Shown here: in pieces, positions 46,228 to 47,093 of the stretch
Layout: each line of letters starts with the position of its first letter
Numbering within the stretch: the first letter of the stretch is position 1
Assembly (NCBI GenBank): GCA_023515795.1
Contig: JALGPX010000084.1
Coordinates: 1 to 47,093, forward strand
Direction: 5' to 3'
Source of the DNA: Amoeboaphelidium occidentale
Lineage: Eukaryota
DNA length: 47,093 bases
Notes under the pieces: model-generated
What the model was told of the DNA's origin: nothing
Seen by the model: the letters and a program-made list of their open reading frames with translations, nothing else
Database searches by the model: none
Translations under genes and position numbers: made by a program

Positions 46228-46923
46228 ATGTTGAAGTTATCCTGTTCTGATGAATTTTTTGCTTTGAAAGATGCGAGTAAGAAGTCATTCCTTCATTTGG
46301 AATGTAAAGAGACGAGGAATGCAATCTTTGATAGAAACCCTATGTTGGAGCTTTGGGCGAACTTGGCTCATTTCCTGTTGATGATTAACCAACCACGAGT
46401 CAGGTCCGACAAGAACATAGTAGCATTATTAATTGACTCGGATTGGAATATTGTTAAATTTGCGTTCAAACCGGCGTCTGGTACTAACGAAAGTGATCAC
46501 GCTGAAATGTTACTGTTAAGCGATAGTTATCAAAAACCCAAGGATAGTACTACGCACATGCTGATCACCAGTTTGTATCCATGTTTGATGTGTTCGGGGA
46601 GGATTAATTTCAAAGAGATTGATATTTGTGTGTGCATTGAGCCAGATCCAAAGTTCTTGAATATCTGCTTAACTGAATTTGGCGATACTATGCCAATCGT
46701 TGGGGCTGAGGATCGCTTGTGGTTTAAAGTCCCCTACTTAAGAAGTGAGATCAACAGGGATGATCTTCCTGAAAGTGACATAATTAGGAGCAACGTTAGG
46801 AAGTATTTGAAAGCCCATTTCGGTGAAGTCCAAAAAAAGAGGGTTAAGATCATTGAAAATCAGTTCATGCACATTATGGAATCGGAGAAGCATTCATTAA
46901 CCCACTTGAAAGTAATTAAATGA
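46228..46923 (+). CDS. Zn-dependent nucleotide/nucleic-acid deaminase (CDA/TadA superfamily, possibly Bd3614-like); true start uncertain
   Basis: DKNIVALLID...DHAEMLLL...ITSLYPCLMC provides HxE plus PCxxC. First usable ATG is 46228. The same frame extends back to ATG 45958 through two stops. Confidence 0.8.
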   Translation: MLKLSCSDEFFALKDASKKSFLHLECKETRNAIFDRNPMLELWANLAHFLLMINQPRVRSDKNIVALLIDSDWNIVKFAFKPASGTNESDHAEMLLLSDSYQKPKDSTTHMLITSLYPCLMCSGRINFKEIDICVCIEPDPKFLNICLTEFGDTMPIVGAEDRLWFKVPYLRSEINRDDLPESDIIRSNVRKYLKAHFGEVQKKRVKIIENQFMHIMESEKHSLTHLKVIK

Positions 46924-47030
46924 GATAAAAATAATTTTTCAATGTTGGATGACGTAGCGCTCATAACTACTTCTTTTGAGACCATAAATGCTATTCTATA
47001 GATGATAATTGTATTGACAGGGCTTATCAA

Positions 47031-47093
47031 AAATATATTTCACTGCAATTTATTGCAATATATTGCAATAAATATATTGCAATTATTGATTGC
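47031..47093. repeat. TATTGCAATA palindromic repeat array running to the window end
   Basis: Tandem TATTGCAATA units form a perfect 26-bp palindrome at 47048-47073. Confidence 0.75.

Noticed and set aside
47031..47093. CRISPR array or canonical telomere
   Set aside because: No unique spacers, no cas genes and no G-rich strand-asymmetric repeat.

Overview
Gene-dense eukaryotic DNA with about 34 protein genes in 47 kb. GT-AG introns are tiny (mostly 32-65 nt) and intergenic gaps are often under 100 bp. The standard genetic code applies, since TAA, TAG and TGA all end conserved genes. Gene content suggests an early-diverging fungus or close relative (aphelid/Rozella/chytrid grade); this is inference only. 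Recognisable genes: cofilin, ZCCHC10-like zinc knuckle, SCYL2/SCY1, RPN10, RPS23, an ANKFN1-like protein, promethin/LDAF1, a fatty-acid elongase, Med15-like, ARO2, dynactin p62, a cell-surface tyrosinase, PTPA, a double-PH protein, Rap1, LIM-RapGAP, an SDR, isoaspartyl peptidase, PRRC2-like, an NPSN-like SNARE, SQT1, a Myb protein, UTP4, HERP-like and a GH1 glycosidase. Two 21-N gaps are flanked by near-identical duplicates and look like assembly artefacts. Most notable: (1) a candidate box C/D snoRNA cluster at 3.8-4.0 kb; (2) a 337-aa, 67-Cys protein joining nine Cys-Pro heme-motif-like repeats to metallothionein-like repeats, located beside a tyrosinase and an orphan ORF; (3) a terminal module with a Zn-deaminase and a divergent orphan ORF, bracketed by palindromic TATTGCAATA arrays. 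All family assignments come from motif recognition by eye, not database searches.
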